A stretch of DNA of 64,000 nucleotides from Thermoanaerobaculia bacterium. Lineage in GTDB: Bacteria; Acidobacteriota; Thermoanaerobaculia; UBA5066; Gp7-AA6. A program made the translations under genes and the position numbers. Positions within the stretch are counted from its first letter, which is position 1, and each line of letters opens with the position of its first letter. Positions 1 to 9,016 of the stretch are shown here, one piece after another. The stretch lies in NCBI GenBank assembly GCA_036406835.1, contig DASXAG010000047.1, positions 6,436 to 70,435 on the forward strand, given 5' to 3'. The notes beneath the pieces were generated by a model. The model ran no database searches. It saw only the letters and a program-made list of their open reading frames with translations, and was not told the DNA's origin.

Positions 1-503
1 CCGGAGCGCCCGTGGAACGCGTTCTTGAAGTGGAGGACCTTCGTTCCCTTCTCGCCCTTGCCCTTCGCCAGGTTCTTGCGGATCTTCCAGTCGAACGCCG
101 TCTTCAGCGTGTTCTCGATCGCGAGCGTCCCGCCCTCGACGAAGAACATGTGGTCGGAGTGGGTCTTCGGAACGGCCAGGCTCGAGAAGGTCTCGACGAA
201 ACGGGCGAAGTGCTCGGTGTAGATGTCGCTCGTGGAGGGCTTCGTCAGCGCCGCCTCCATGAGGGCCTCCCGGAACTCCGGGTCGTTCATCCTGGGGTGG
301 TTGTAGCCGATGGGAATCGTGGCGAAGCACGAGAAGAAGTCGAGGATCGGCCGGTCGCTGCGCGCGTCGTAGAGGTAGGAGCCCTGGCTCCGCTCCATGT
401 CCATGACCACGTGGTAGCCGTCCACCAGGATGTGGCGGGACAGCACGTCGAGGACGTTCTTCGGCGAGAGCTGCTCTTTGGTGCTTTGGATCGTGGTCGG
501 CAT
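1..503 (-). CDS. lat: L-lysine 6-transaminase (lysine epsilon-aminotransferase), N-terminal ~167 aa; the gene runs off the left edge
   Basis: Not in the ORF track because there is no stop in the window. Reverse complement from ATG 503..501 reads MPTTIQSTKEQLSPKNVLDVLSRHILVDGYHVVMDMERSQGSYLYDARSDRPILDFFSCFATIPIGYNHP...FVEGGTLAIENTLKTAFDWKIRKN...VLHFKNAFHGRS. This follows the conserved N-terminal layout of LAT-type class III aminotransferases. A GAGGAG SD lies 7 nt upstream. Confidence 0.8.
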   Translation of the reverse strand, partial: MPTTIQSTKEQLSPKNVLDVLSRHILVDGYHVVMDMERSQGSYLYDARSDRPILDFFSCFATIPIGYNHPRMNDPEFREALMEAALTKPSTSDIYTEHFARFVETFSSLAVPKTHSDHMFFVEGGTLAIENTLKTAFDWKIRKNLAKGKGEKGTKVLHFKNAFHGRS

Positions 504-632
504 GGGGTGGCTCCTCAGGCGAAAAACGGGCGCAAGAACGTGAAGACGGGCGTCAAGAGCGATCCGCGGAGAGCCAACGCTAGCACGGGAAAAGGGAGGT
601 AAACAACCCCCTCGGGACGAGCGCTTCGAGCG

Positions 633-1775
633 CTACGACAGCATCGCGGGGATGCGCGCGTCCTCGAGGCTCGCGGCGGTGCAGCGGTCCTTGCCGTGGT
701 CCTTGGCGCGGTAGAGCGCCGTGTCCGCGGCGCGCAGCAACTCGTTCTTCTGCTGCTCGACCGAGGCGCCCGCCGTCGCGTGCGAGCGAATCGAAGAAAG
801 GCCCAGCGAGGCGGTGATGACGCCCTGGAGGTTCAGGGCGGGCTCGTTGAAGCCGTAGGGACGGAACAGGAACGTCGCGCTGCGGATCGAGTGTCGGATC
901 GCCTCCGCCACTTCCATCCCCTCCTGCAGGTTGTGGCCCGGCAGGATCAGGACGAACTCGTCGCCGCCGTAGCGCGTCAGCGTCGCGCGCTCGTCGGTCA
1001 CCGTGCGGCGGAGGAGGTAGCCGACCTCGCGCAGGACCTGGCTGCCCGCGAGGTGCCCGTGCCGGTCGTTGACCGCCTTGAGATTGTCGAGGTCGAGGAA
1101 GATCACGCAGCAGTCGCCGCCGTCGCGCGAGATGCGCGAGAGCTCCTGCGTCAGCCGCAGGTGGAGGTAGCGCTCGTTGTAGAGGCCCGTCAACCCGTCG
1201 CGCTTCGCGACCTCGTACGCCCGCCGCGCGTCGAGGAGGTTCTGGATCGAGATCGAGGCGTACTCGGCGAAGATCTCGAGCAGCCGGCGATCCTTTTCGC
1301 GGAAGCCTCCCGGGCCGTTGCGATTGACCAGCTCGAGGACGCCGCACACCGAGGACTCGATGCGGATCGGCACGCAGAGGACCGACTTCGTCTGGAAACC
1401 GTCCGTCAGGTCGAGCGTCGGGTAGAAGAAGGGATCGTCGACGACGTCGTCGGTCATGTACGCGACGCCGGTGGCGTAGACGTGGCCCACGATCCCGACC
1501 CGCGCGTTCATCCGCTTGCCGAGCCTCGCCTCGCCGTGGGCGCCGTAGGTCGCGATGAAGACGAGCTCGTTCTCGAGCCGGTCGTCCGAGTTCTTCGTCA
1601 TCGGGTCGTCGAGCAGGATCGATCCCGCCTCGGACGGAACGAACTCGTTGGCCTTCTGGAGAATCTCGCGCAGAAACCGGTCGATTTCGATCTCGCCCGT
1701 ATAGGCGTAGTACGCCTTGTGCCTCTCGAGGAAGTTCTCGAGCCGACGGTTTTCGAGCGTGTGAACCTGCAACAC
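633..1775 (-). CDS. GAF-domain diguanylate cyclase (GAF + GGDEF)
   Basis: C-terminal part of track ORF 633..2030. Intact RYGGDEF active site preceded by a GAF-like region (SVLCVPIRIESSVCGVLELVN). The Arg/Pro-rich first ~85 codons are rejected. Start placed at GTG 1775 (TTG 1772 is an alternative) behind GAGAGG. No RxxD I-site at -9..-6 from GGDEF. Confidence 0.8.
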   Translation of the reverse strand: MLQVHTLENRRLENFLERHKAYYAYTGEIEIDRFLREILQKANEFVPSEAGSILLDDPMTKNSDDRLENELVFIATYGAHGEARLGKRMNARVGIVGHVYATGVAYMTDDVVDDPFFYPTLDLTDGFQTKSVLCVPIRIESSVCGVLELVNRNGPGGFREKDRRLLEIFAEYASISIQNLLDARRAYEVAKRDGLTGLYNERYLHLRLTQELSRISRDGGDCCVIFLDLDNLKAVNDRHGHLAGSQVLREVGYLLRRTVTDERATLTRYGGDEFVLILPGHNLQEGMEVAEAIRHSIRSATFLFRPYGFNEPALNLQGVITASLGLSSIRSHATAGASVEQQKNELLRAADTALYRAKDHGKDRCTAASLEDARIPAMLS

Positions 1776-1840
1776 CGGCCTCTCGATCCGAAAAAGTTTA
1801 CCATCTGATAGCCTCGAAGGCCGTGGGGTATCGCGGCTCC

Positions 1841-2680
1841 ATGCCGCCACAGCATGACCGCCGGGCTCGTCCCGGCGCGGTCGGCCCTCCGGCCCGGAAG
1901 CGCTGGGGGCAGCACTTCCTGGCGCACCCCGAAATCGCGGAACGCATCGCCGACGCGGCCCGCGTGTCTCCCGACGACGTCGTCCTCGAGGTGGGACCGG
2001 GCGACGGCGCCCTGACGCGGCCGCTCGCACGTCGCGCGGGGCGGGTCGTGGCCGTCGAGATCGACCCGCTCCGCGCGGAGCGTCTCGCCACGGAGTTCTC
2101 GGGAGAGCGCGCTGTGACCGTTCTCCGGGGCGATGTGATGCAGCGCACGTTCCGGGAGTGGCTGGACGCGGCCGGCGTCGAGGGCGCGGCCGTGATGGTC
2201 GCGAACCTGCCCTACAACGCCGCCACGCGCATCGTCACCGCGGCCCTCGAGGATCCCGTCACGATCCGCCGCGTGGTCGCGACCGTGCAGTCGGAGGTCG
2301 CGCAGCGGTTCGTGGCCCGCCCGGGCGATGAGGGATACGGATACCTCTCCGTCCGCACCGCCGCGCGCGCGAGCGGGCGGCGCCTGTTCGACCTGCCGCC
2401 GGCGGCGTTCCGGCCCCGGCCGAAGGTGCACTCGACGGTGATGGAGCTGACTCCCCGGTCTCCCGATGCCGGCGACGAGACGCTCCGCCGGGCGCTGCAT
2501 CTGGCGTCGCTCGGCTTCCGCGCGCGGCGAAAGACGCTCGCGAACGCTCTCGCGCCGGTCGGGCGCCCGCGGGCGGAGTGGGAGCGTCTGCTGGAGGCGA
2601 TGGGGAAGGGGAGCCGGGCGCGCGCCGAGGAGCTCTCGCTCGCGGACTTCCTCGCGCTCGCGCAAGAGAACGCGCCATGA
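1841..2680 (+). CDS. rsmA: 16S rRNA (adenine1518/1519-N6)-dimethyltransferase
   Basis: Track ORF 1823..2680. KRWGQHFL, VLEVGPGDGALT (SAM site) and ANLPYN motifs typical of KsgA/RsmA. ATG 1841 preferred; GTG 1823 is possible. Confidence 0.9.
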   Translation: MPPQHDRRARPGAVGPPARKRWGQHFLAHPEIAERIADAARVSPDDVVLEVGPGDGALTRPLARRAGRVVAVEIDPLRAERLATEFSGERAVTVLRGDVMQRTFREWLDAAGVEGAAVMVANLPYNAATRIVTAALEDPVTIRRVVATVQSEVAQRFVARPGDEGYGYLSVRTAARASGRRLFDLPPAAFRPRPKVHSTVMELTPRSPDAGDETLRRALHLASLGFRARRKTLANALAPVGRPRAEWERLLEAMGKGSRARAEELSLADFLALAQENAP

Positions 2681-4326
2681 GCGAATCGCCCGAGACGCTC
2701 CCGACCGCGTCGGTGGAGGTCGTCCCGCTCGGCGGCGTCGGCGAGTTCGGACGCAACGTGCTCTGGCTCCGCTGCGCGGGATCGAGCGTCCTCGTGGACG
2801 TCGGCGTCTCCTTCCCGGACGAGACCTTCCCGGGGATCGACCGCATCGCGCCGGACCTCTCCGCACTTCGCGGCGAGAGCATCGACGCCGTCTTCCTCAC
2901 GCACGGCCACGAGGACCACATCGGCGCGCTCTCGCTCCTGCGCGAGTGGTGCCCGGCCCCGGTCTACGGCTTTCCGTTCACGCTCGCGCTCGCGCGGCGG
3001 CGCCTCGAGGAGGCGCAGGTCTCCCTCGACGGGCTGATCGAGGTCCGCGGGGGAGAGCCCATCCGTGCGGGGGCGTTCACCGCGACGTTCTTCCGCGTCT
3101 CGCACTCGGTCCCGGACTCCGCCGCGATCCTGATCGAGGCGGGAGGCCGGAGCCTGCTGCACTCCGGCGACTTCAAGTTCGACGACGATCCGCCCGACGG
3201 CGAAACGACCGACCGCGCCGGACTCGCGTCGGCGGTCGCGCGCGTGGGCGGCGTCGACCTCGCGTTCGTCGACTCGACCAACGCCGAGCGCCCGGGGCGC
3301 TCGCTCTCGGAGCGCGAAGCCGGCCGGGGACTGACCGCGGCCTTCGGCACCGCGCGCGGGCGCATCATCCTCACGACCTTCTCGAGCCACGTCGCGCGCG
3401 TGGCGCAGGGCGTCGAGGCCGCGCTCGCGCGCGGCCGCCGCGTGGCGCTGCTCGGCCGGAGCATCCGCTCGGTGGCGGAGATCGCGGAGCGCTTCGGCCG
3501 GCTCCGGCTGCCCTCCGGCGCGCGCCCGGCCACCGCGGACCTGCGCCAGGTGCCCCCCGGACGTCTCCTGTGCCTCACGTCGGGCAGCCAGGGCGAGCCG
3601 TTCTCCGCGCTCTACCGGCTGGCGCTCAACGAGCATGCGGATCTCGAGCTCTCGGAGGGCGACGTCGTGCTCCTCTCGGCGCGGACGATCCCGGGACACG
3701 AGCGCTCGGTCAATCGGATGTGCGACCACCTGGTGCGGCGCGGCGCCCGCGTGATCCGCGAGAGCGACCCGCCGATCCACGTCTCGGGCCACGCGCACCG
3801 GGACGAGATCGCGGAGTGGCTGCGCCTCGCCTCCGCGCGGGCCGTCATGCCGGTGCACGGCGACCGGCGCATGCTCGTCGCCGCCGCCGAGATCGCCGCC
3901 GAGGCCGGCGTCCCGGCGGAGCGCGTCTACGTCGTCGACAACGGCGATCGGCTCGTCCTGCGGGACGGCGCCGGGCCCGCGCGGATCGAGCCGCAGGCGG
4001 TCCCGTGCGGCACGGTGTATCTGGACGATCGGCCGGAGACCGTGGACGCCGAGGTCGTGCGCGAGCGGCGCCAGCTCGCGGAGGAGGGCGTCGTCGTCGT
4101 GCTCGTACGCGGGCGAGAGGTCGACGTCGTGTCGCGAGGGGTGGCGGCGCCCGACGAGGCGCTCGCGCAGGAGGTCTCGCGGGCCGCGCGCGAGGTGCTC
4201 GCCCGCGCGTCGGCCGAGGAGCACGCGGATCCCGAGTGGCTGCGCGCCGAGATCGCCATCGCCGCGAAGCGGGCTTGCCGGCGCTCGCTCGCGCTGCGGC
4301 CGGTCATCGTGCCGGTGGTCGTTTGA
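2677..4326 (+). CDS. rnj: ribonuclease J (metallo-beta-lactamase / beta-CASP RNase)
   Basis: Part of track ORF 2578..4326. VVPLGGVGEFGRN, LTHGHEDHIGAL and HVSGHA motifs. ATG 2677 overlaps the rsmA stop (ATGA). Confidence 0.9.
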   Translation: MSESPETLPTASVEVVPLGGVGEFGRNVLWLRCAGSSVLVDVGVSFPDETFPGIDRIAPDLSALRGESIDAVFLTHGHEDHIGALSLLREWCPAPVYGFPFTLALARRRLEEAQVSLDGLIEVRGGEPIRAGAFTATFFRVSHSVPDSAAILIEAGGRSLLHSGDFKFDDDPPDGETTDRAGLASAVARVGGVDLAFVDSTNAERPGRSLSEREAGRGLTAAFGTARGRIILTTFSSHVARVAQGVEAALARGRRVALLGRSIRSVAEIAERFGRLRLPSGARPATADLRQVPPGRLLCLTSGSQGEPFSALYRLALNEHADLELSEGDVVLLSARTIPGHERSVNRMCDHLVRRGARVIRESDPPIHVSGHAHRDEIAEWLRLASARAVMPVHGDRRMLVAAAEIAAEAGVPAERVYVVDNGDRLVLRDGAGPARIEPQAVPCGTVYLDDRPETVDAEVVRERRQLAEEGVVVVLVRGREVDVVSRGVAAPDEALAQEVSRAAREVLARASAEEHADPEWLRAEIAIAAKRACRRSLALRPVIVPVVV

Positions 4327-5618
4327 GGCGGCTGTCCGCGCTGCTCGCGGCGGCCGTCGTCGCGCGCATGGCGTTTCATGCCGTGTTCGTGCCGGCCTTC
4401 GAGGGCCCCGACGAGCCGTTCCACCTGGCGCGCGCACTCGCGTTCGCGACGCGGCCGTGGCCGGACGCCTTCGCGGGCGCGCGGGTCGAGCCCGCGCTCG
4501 CGGCCGCGGTGCGCGATCGTCCCTGCGGCGAGAGTCTGCACCGCGTCCTCGGCTGCCCTCCGTTCGGAGAGCACGCGGGGACCGCGCGTTTCGACGTTCT
4601 CGTACCCGATCGGCTCCCCACCACTCTCGGCCCCGACCTCGTGAATACCGAGGACAACCAGCCGCCGCTGTACTACGCGCTGGCGGGCTTCGTCCTGCGT
4701 CCCCTTCAGCGGTGGATGTCGGTGGTTCGGGCGCTTCTCTTCCTGCGCCTCCTGGCCGTCGCCTGCGTGGCCGCGGCGCTCTTCGGGCCGCTGCGGCTCC
4801 TCGCGCGGGACCGCGCCGCCGGACTCGCGCTCGGCGTGCTGCTCTTGATGCTGACCCCGGGCGCGAGCGAGGCCCTCGCGCGCGCGTCGAACGACGCGCC
4901 GGTCTTCCTGTGGGCGGCGCTGTGCGTGGCCGCGGTGAAGCGCCGGGCGGGAGGCGCCATCCTCGTTCCGCTTCTCGCGGCGGGACCGCTCCTGAAGCTG
5001 ACGGCGTTTCCGGTCGCGGCGTTCGCGGTCGCCGCGCTCGTCGCGCGCGGCCGACCCCGGCTCGCTCTCGGAGGCGCCGCGGCGGCGCTCGCGGTCTTCC
5101 CGGTCCAGGCGCTCCGCGGCTGGCGCTGGGGCGGGACGCTCGAGTTCAACGGCGCGGCCTCCGCATGGGCCGCGCTGGGAGGCTCCGTCGGGCAAACGAT
5201 CGTCGGGCTCGCGCGCTCCGCGTACACGCTGATCAAGACGACCTTCTGGCTGGGGGAGTGGAGCTTCTTCCGCGCACCGCGGCCCCTCGTCGCCGCGTAC
5301 TTCCTGCTCCTCGCCGCGGCCCTGTTGCTCGCGCGGCGGCGTCCCGATCCGCACCACGCCGCGCCCCACGTCATCGCCGCGGCCGTCGCGACGGGAGGCT
5401 TCCTGGCGTTCGCGGTCGGCAACCGCCTGTACTACGGGGACTGGGGCGGCGTCGGCGGGTGGTACGTGTGGACCTGGCTGCCGTGGCTCGCCATGGCGGC
5501 GAGCGATCTCGCCGTCGTGCCGCGCCGCGCCGCGTCGGGGTGGCTCGCCGCGCTCGCCGTCTTCGTCATTCTCGCGAACGTGCTCTGGTTCGCCGTCGCC
5601 TGGCCGCTGTACGGCTGA
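4323..5618 (+). CDS. polytopic membrane protein, DUF2142/GT-C-like putative glycosyltransferase
   Basis: Hydrophobic C-terminal part of track ORF 2466..5618 with about 10 predicted TM segments. N-terminal PAFEGPDEPFHLARA resembles the PDExxH loop of DUF2142/PMT-type GT-C proteins. TTG 4323 overlaps the rnj stop (TTGA); ATG 4368 is an alternative. Confidence 0.6.
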   Translation: MRRLSALLAAAVVARMAFHAVFVPAFEGPDEPFHLARALAFATRPWPDAFAGARVEPALAAAVRDRPCGESLHRVLGCPPFGEHAGTARFDVLVPDRLPTTLGPDLVNTEDNQPPLYYALAGFVLRPLQRWMSVVRALLFLRLLAVACVAAALFGPLRLLARDRAAGLALGVLLLMLTPGASEALARASNDAPVFLWAALCVAAVKRRAGGAILVPLLAAGPLLKLTAFPVAAFAVAALVARGRPRLALGGAAAALAVFPVQALRGWRWGGTLEFNGAASAWAALGGSVGQTIVGLARSAYTLIKTTFWLGEWSFFRAPRPLVAAYFLLLAAALLLARRRPDPHHAAPHVIAAAVATGGFLAFAVGNRLYYGDWGGVGGWYVWTWLPWLAMAASDLAVVPRRAASGWLAALAVFVILANVLWFAVAWPLYG

Positions 5619-5636
5619 TCGCGAGCGAAATGTCTT

Positions 5637-5671
5637 CGCAATCCAAAATCCAAAATCTAAAATCGAAAATC
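5637..5671. repeat. tandem heptanucleotide array (NAAAATC) x4 plus one degenerate unit
   Basis: CGCAATC CAAAATC CAAAATC TAAAATC GAAAATC, directly abutting the uppP start codon. AT-rich island in GC-rich DNA. Confidence 0.9.
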
Positions 5672-5673
5672 GA

Positions 5674-6489
5674 ATGACCTGGCTCGACGCAATCGTCCTG
5701 GGTGTGATCCAGGGCCTCACCGAATTCATCCCCGTGTCGTCCGACGGACACCTCTCCGCGGCCGAGATGCTGCTGCCGCGCTTCGGTCAGACCGGCCTGC
5801 TCTTCGACGTGCTCGTCCACGTCGGGACGCTCACGGCGATCCTCATCTACTACCGCGTGCTGCTGCGCGAGGAGGTCGTGGGGCTGGTCGCGAGGGATCC
5901 GGCCGAGCGGCGCAAGGCCTGGCGGCTCGCGATGCTGCTCCTGGTCGCGACGATCCCGACGGGGATCACGGGCCTCCTCATGAAGCACTACGTCGAGCAC
6001 ACGAAGACGGATCCTCGTTTCGTGGGCGCGATGGAGATCCTGAGCGGCCTCTACCTCGCGATGTCCTACCTGCGGCGCAACGGAACCAAGACGCGCGAGA
6101 CGATGACCTACCTCGACGCGGTCGTCATCGGCGCGGTGCAGGGGCTGGCGGTCCTGCCGGGCCTGTCGCGGTCCGCCTCGTGCATCGGCTTCGGTCTGCT
6201 GCTCGGTTTCACCGGCCCGTGGGCGGCCCAGTACACCTTCCTGCTGGCGATTCCCGCCATCGTCGGCGCCGCGGGCGTCGAGATTCTCTCGGCCCTGCGC
6301 CACCACGGCGCGGGCTTCTTCGCGACGCCCGACTTCGCGCGTTACGTGCTGGGCGCGGTCGTCGCGGGGGTGGTGGGCTACTCGACGATCGGGTTCCTCA
6401 TCCGCATGGTCTCCACGCGCCGGGTCCGCTGGTTCGCGGTCTATTGCTTCCTCTTTGGCCTCGTCCTGATCCTTCTTTTCCCGTCCTGA
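5674..6489 (+). CDS. uppP: undecaprenyl-diphosphate phosphatase
   Basis: Track ORF. GVIQGLTEFIPVSSDGHL and AVLPGLSRSA motifs of BacA/UppP. About 8 TM segments. Confidence 0.9.
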   Translation: MTWLDAIVLGVIQGLTEFIPVSSDGHLSAAEMLLPRFGQTGLLFDVLVHVGTLTAILIYYRVLLREEVVGLVARDPAERRKAWRLAMLLLVATIPTGITGLLMKHYVEHTKTDPRFVGAMEILSGLYLAMSYLRRNGTKTRETMTYLDAVVIGAVQGLAVLPGLSRSASCIGFGLLLGFTGPWAAQYTFLLAIPAIVGAAGVEILSALRHHGAGFFATPDFARYVLGAVVAGVVGYSTIGFLIRMVSTRRVRWFAVYCFLFGLVLILLFPS

Positions 6490-6544
6490 GAGAGAATCCG
6501 GGGCAGCTTCGCGTCCCGTACACATGATGGAAAAAGGAGGAACC

Positions 6545-6997
6545 ATGAGAAGGCGGATGCTTTCGGTGGCTCTCGGTCTCTGGGCCTCGATGGGCATGGT
6601 CTCGCTGGCACACGGACAGGCGGCGTCCGCGACGTCCCTCTACAAGCGGCTGGGCGGCTACGACGCGATCGCGGCGGTCACCGACGACTTCATCCCGCGC
6701 CTCGTCAACGACAAGGTCATCGGACGCTACCTGGTCGGCCTCTCGGACAACTCCAAGGCGAGGCTGCGCCAGCTCTTCGTCGATCAGATCTGCGCGGCCG
6801 CTGGCGGTCCCTGCGTCTACGTCGGACGCGACATGAAGACGGCCCACAAGGGACTCGGGATCTCGGGCGCCGAGTGGGACATCTCGGTCAAGCATCTCGT
6901 CGATACCCTCGACAAGTTCAAGGTGCCGGAGAAGGAGAAGGCGGAGCTCCTCGCGGCGGTCTCGGCTCTCAAGCCGGATATCGTCGAGAAGCCGTAG
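6545..6997 (+). CDS. group I truncated hemoglobin (trHbN-like) with N-terminal export signal
   Basis: Track ORF 6524..6997. ATG 6545 sits 5 nt after AGGAGG. SLYKRLGGYDAIAAVTDDF ... YVGRDMKTAHKGLGIS ... matches the 2-on-2 globin pattern. N-terminus MRRRMLSVALGLWASMGMVSLAHG looks like a signal peptide. Confidence 0.75.
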   Translation: MRRRMLSVALGLWASMGMVSLAHGQAASATSLYKRLGGYDAIAAVTDDFIPRLVNDKVIGRYLVGLSDNSKARLRQLFVDQICAAAGGPCVYVGRDMKTAHKGLGISGAEWDISVKHLVDTLDKFKVPEKEKAELLAAVSALKPDIVEKP

Positions 6998-6999
6998 CG

Positions 7000-7227
7000 C
7001 TAACGGGTGTCGCCGCGGCCGGCGCTGAGCCGCCGGCCGTGCCGGCTGCCCAGGCGGATCGCCGCGTACACCAGGACGCAGCAGACGAAGTCGAGGAGAA
7101 GGCCCGCGTCGATCCGCATCGGTTCGTGGCGGAAGGCCGGGGGCAGGCTTCGGAAGAGCACCGCGAAGTAGATCGCGTTCCCCGCGAGCACCGCCACCAG
7201 ATATTCGATCCACCGCCGCGGCGTCAC
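7000..7227 (-). CDS. small membrane protein (2 TM), hypothetical
   Basis: Track ORF with GTG start. Two hydrophobic helices. Last gene of the minus-strand string 9598->7000. Confidence 0.45.
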   Translation of the reverse strand: MTPRRWIEYLVAVLAGNAIYFAVLFRSLPPAFRHEPMRIDAGLLLDFVCCVLVYAAIRLGSRHGRRLSAGRGDTR

Positions 7228-7236
7228 GGCGGCAGC

Positions 7237-7935
7237 CTATCGCGCTTTCTCGGTCTCCTCCTCGGGGACGCCGGCGCCGCACGCCGAGAGCCGGTCGAGC
7301 GTCGCCTCGAGCTGGCGCTGCGAGGAACCGCGGCCCTCCGCCAGGTTGTGCCGCGTCCGGATGGCGACCGCCTCGCGCAGGGCGGCGGCGCTCGCCTCGA
7401 GGTGCCGCGGCGCGTTTTCCGGATCGAGCTCCGCGAGCCGCCGGAGCGCGAGGCCCATGTTGTGGAGCGACACGCCACGGGCGATCTCGCGCTCGCTGGT
7501 CCGCCAGGCGAGGGCGCGCTCGAAGAGGGAGACCGACTCGCGCAGCTCGCCCTCCGTGGCTCCCAGGTTCGAGAGCGCCGTCGCGAAGTTGTGGAGCGCA
7601 CGGGCATGCCAGCCCGTCTCCGGGTCGGCGGCGAAGTGATCGAGCGCGGCCGCGAAGCAGGAGCGCGCGCGACCGAGGTCGGCCGCCGGGCCGGGGCTCC
7701 CGTAGAACACGGCCGCGTTGTGCAGGAAGCGGGCGCGGGTCTCCCTCGGCTCGAGCGAGAGCGCCGGCAGGAGGCCCCAGAGGTCGTCCGCCAGAATCCG
7801 CGCCGTCTCCCCGTCACCCCGCTCGCGAAGCTCCTCCTGCGTGCGGAACCAGTCCCGGTAGGCGCCGACCGCGTCCGCCGAGAGGGCGTCCCGGAAGTAC
7901 CGCCGCAGGGCGTCGTGCGTTCCCGTCTCGGTCAT
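7237..7935 (-). CDS. hypothetical protein with TPR-like helical repeats
   Basis: Track ORF. Repeated A..L.N.A..L...G motifs (HNAAVFYG, LHNFATALSNLG, LHNMGLALRRL). Normal coding composition. Confidence 0.6.
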   Translation of the reverse strand: MTETGTHDALRRYFRDALSADAVGAYRDWFRTQEELRERGDGETARILADDLWGLLPALSLEPRETRARFLHNAAVFYGSPGPAADLGRARSCFAAALDHFAADPETGWHARALHNFATALSNLGATEGELRESVSLFERALAWRTSEREIARGVSLHNMGLALRRLAELDPENAPRHLEASAAALREAVAIRTRHNLAEGRGSSQRQLEATLDRLSACGAGVPEEETEKAR

Positions 7936-7938
7936 CGG

Positions 7939-8628
7939 CTAGAAGCGCCGCCCGTCCGCGGAGGCGCGCAGGGCGGGCAGCGCGAAGTAGGTGCGCGCGT
8001 GAAAGGGACTGTTCTCATGGTTCACGATCAGGTTCTCGAGGCCGGGCGCGTCGCCGACGTAGAGACGGAGCGGCCCCGTCCCCGACCCCGGCGGCACGGT
8101 GAAGGCGACCGTCGAGACATACGACTCGCCCGGCCGCAGCGGGCGCTCGAGCGGTGCGATCGCCGTGGCGGGCGGAAACCGGAGCCCCGTGTCGTCGACG
8201 AGGAAGACGGTGCGCGGGTTGGGGTAGAGGGGGCCGTCGCCGCGAAAGGGCGCGATCGTGCTCGGATCGAACCAGGTCCGGATCGCGACGCTCACGGACC
8301 CGCCGCCGCCCGACACCGAGTCCACGGAGTACGCGAGGTGGCAGTCCATTTCGCAGAAGTACTTCTTCTCGCCGGCGGCGAGCGTGCGTTCGCGCGAGAG
8401 GAGAGAGGCCCCGAGCAGGACCACGCCGTACGCCACGCCGGCCATGAGCGCTCCCGCGGCCAGGAAACGGGCGAGGCGCGTCCGCCGCGCCGCGCCGGCG
8501 ATCGCGGCGCCGATCGCGCAGCAGAAGATCACGAAGCCGGCGCCCAGGAACAGCAGGAGCACGAGCGGGGCGAGCGGCGGCACGAAGGCGTCGAGCGCCA
8601 GGCCGGAGAACAACGTGCTTTGCGTCAT
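7939..8628 (-). CDS. membrane protein, hypothetical (N-terminal TM helices plus extracytoplasmic domain)
   Basis: Track ORF 7939..8643. ATG 8628 lies 9 nt after GGAG. Three hydrophobic segments followed by a soluble domain (YFCEMDCHLAYSVD...). Confidence 0.6.
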   Translation of the reverse strand: MTQSTLFSGLALDAFVPPLAPLVLLLFLGAGFVIFCCAIGAAIAGAARRTRLARFLAAGALMAGVAYGVVLLGASLLSRERTLAAGEKKYFCEMDCHLAYSVDSVSGGGGSVSVAIRTWFDPSTIAPFRGDGPLYPNPRTVFLVDDTGLRFPPATAIAPLERPLRPGESYVSTVAFTVPPGSGTGPLRLYVGDAPGLENLIVNHENSPFHARTYFALPALRASADGRRF

Positions 8629-8649
8629 AAAGTAAGACTCCAAAAAAAA

Positions 8650-9015
8650 TCAGCGCCCGCGCGCGTGGCCGATCAGCGCCTCGAGGTGCGACAGGTACCG
8701 CTCGAGCGCGCGGCGCCCCTCCGCCGTCAGGCGGTACGCGGTCCGGGGAAGCCGCTCCTCGAAGGACTTGGTGCACGCGACGTAGCCCGCCTCCTCGAGG
8801 CGGCGCGCGTGCACCGAGAGGTTGCCGTCGCTGCACCCGAGGAGTCCCTTGAGCTCGTTGAAGGTCAGGGTCTCGTTGGCCGCGAGCGCGCTGACGATCC
8901 CGAGGCGCATGCGTTCGTGGATCAGCCGGTCGAGCTCGGGAAGCGCCCGAGGTTTCGCGCCTCGGGCCGGCTTCGGCTCGACGCGAGACCTGAGGCTCGC
9001 GGCTGGAGACTTCAT
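8650..9015 (-). CDS. winged-helix transcriptional regulator (HTH_34/ArsR-like)
   Basis: LDRLIHERMRLGIVSALAANETLTFNELKGLLGCSDGNLSVHARRLEEAGYV...RTAYRLTAEGRRALERYL is the typical wHTH pattern. ATG 9015 lies 1 nt after the upstream stop. Confidence 0.75.
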   Translation of the reverse strand: MKSPAASLRSRVEPKPARGAKPRALPELDRLIHERMRLGIVSALAANETLTFNELKGLLGCSDGNLSVHARRLEEAGYVACTKSFEERLPRTAYRLTAEGRRALERYLSHLEALIGHARGR

Positions 9016-9016
9016 C

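Noticed and set aside
12-602. 196-aa plus-strand ORF at the left edge
   Set aside because: The opposite strand reads as a textbook lysine 6-aminotransferase N-terminus with an SD and ATG at 503. The plus ORF is Arg/Val/Glu-rich with no motif.
2212-4437. 741-aa minus ORF, and the upstream 620 codons of plus ORF 2466..5618 overlapping RNase J
   Set aside because: RNase J motifs occupy another frame of the same DNA. These ORFs are Arg/Pro-rich. Only the hydrophobic part of ORF 2466..5618 from 4323 onward is kept.
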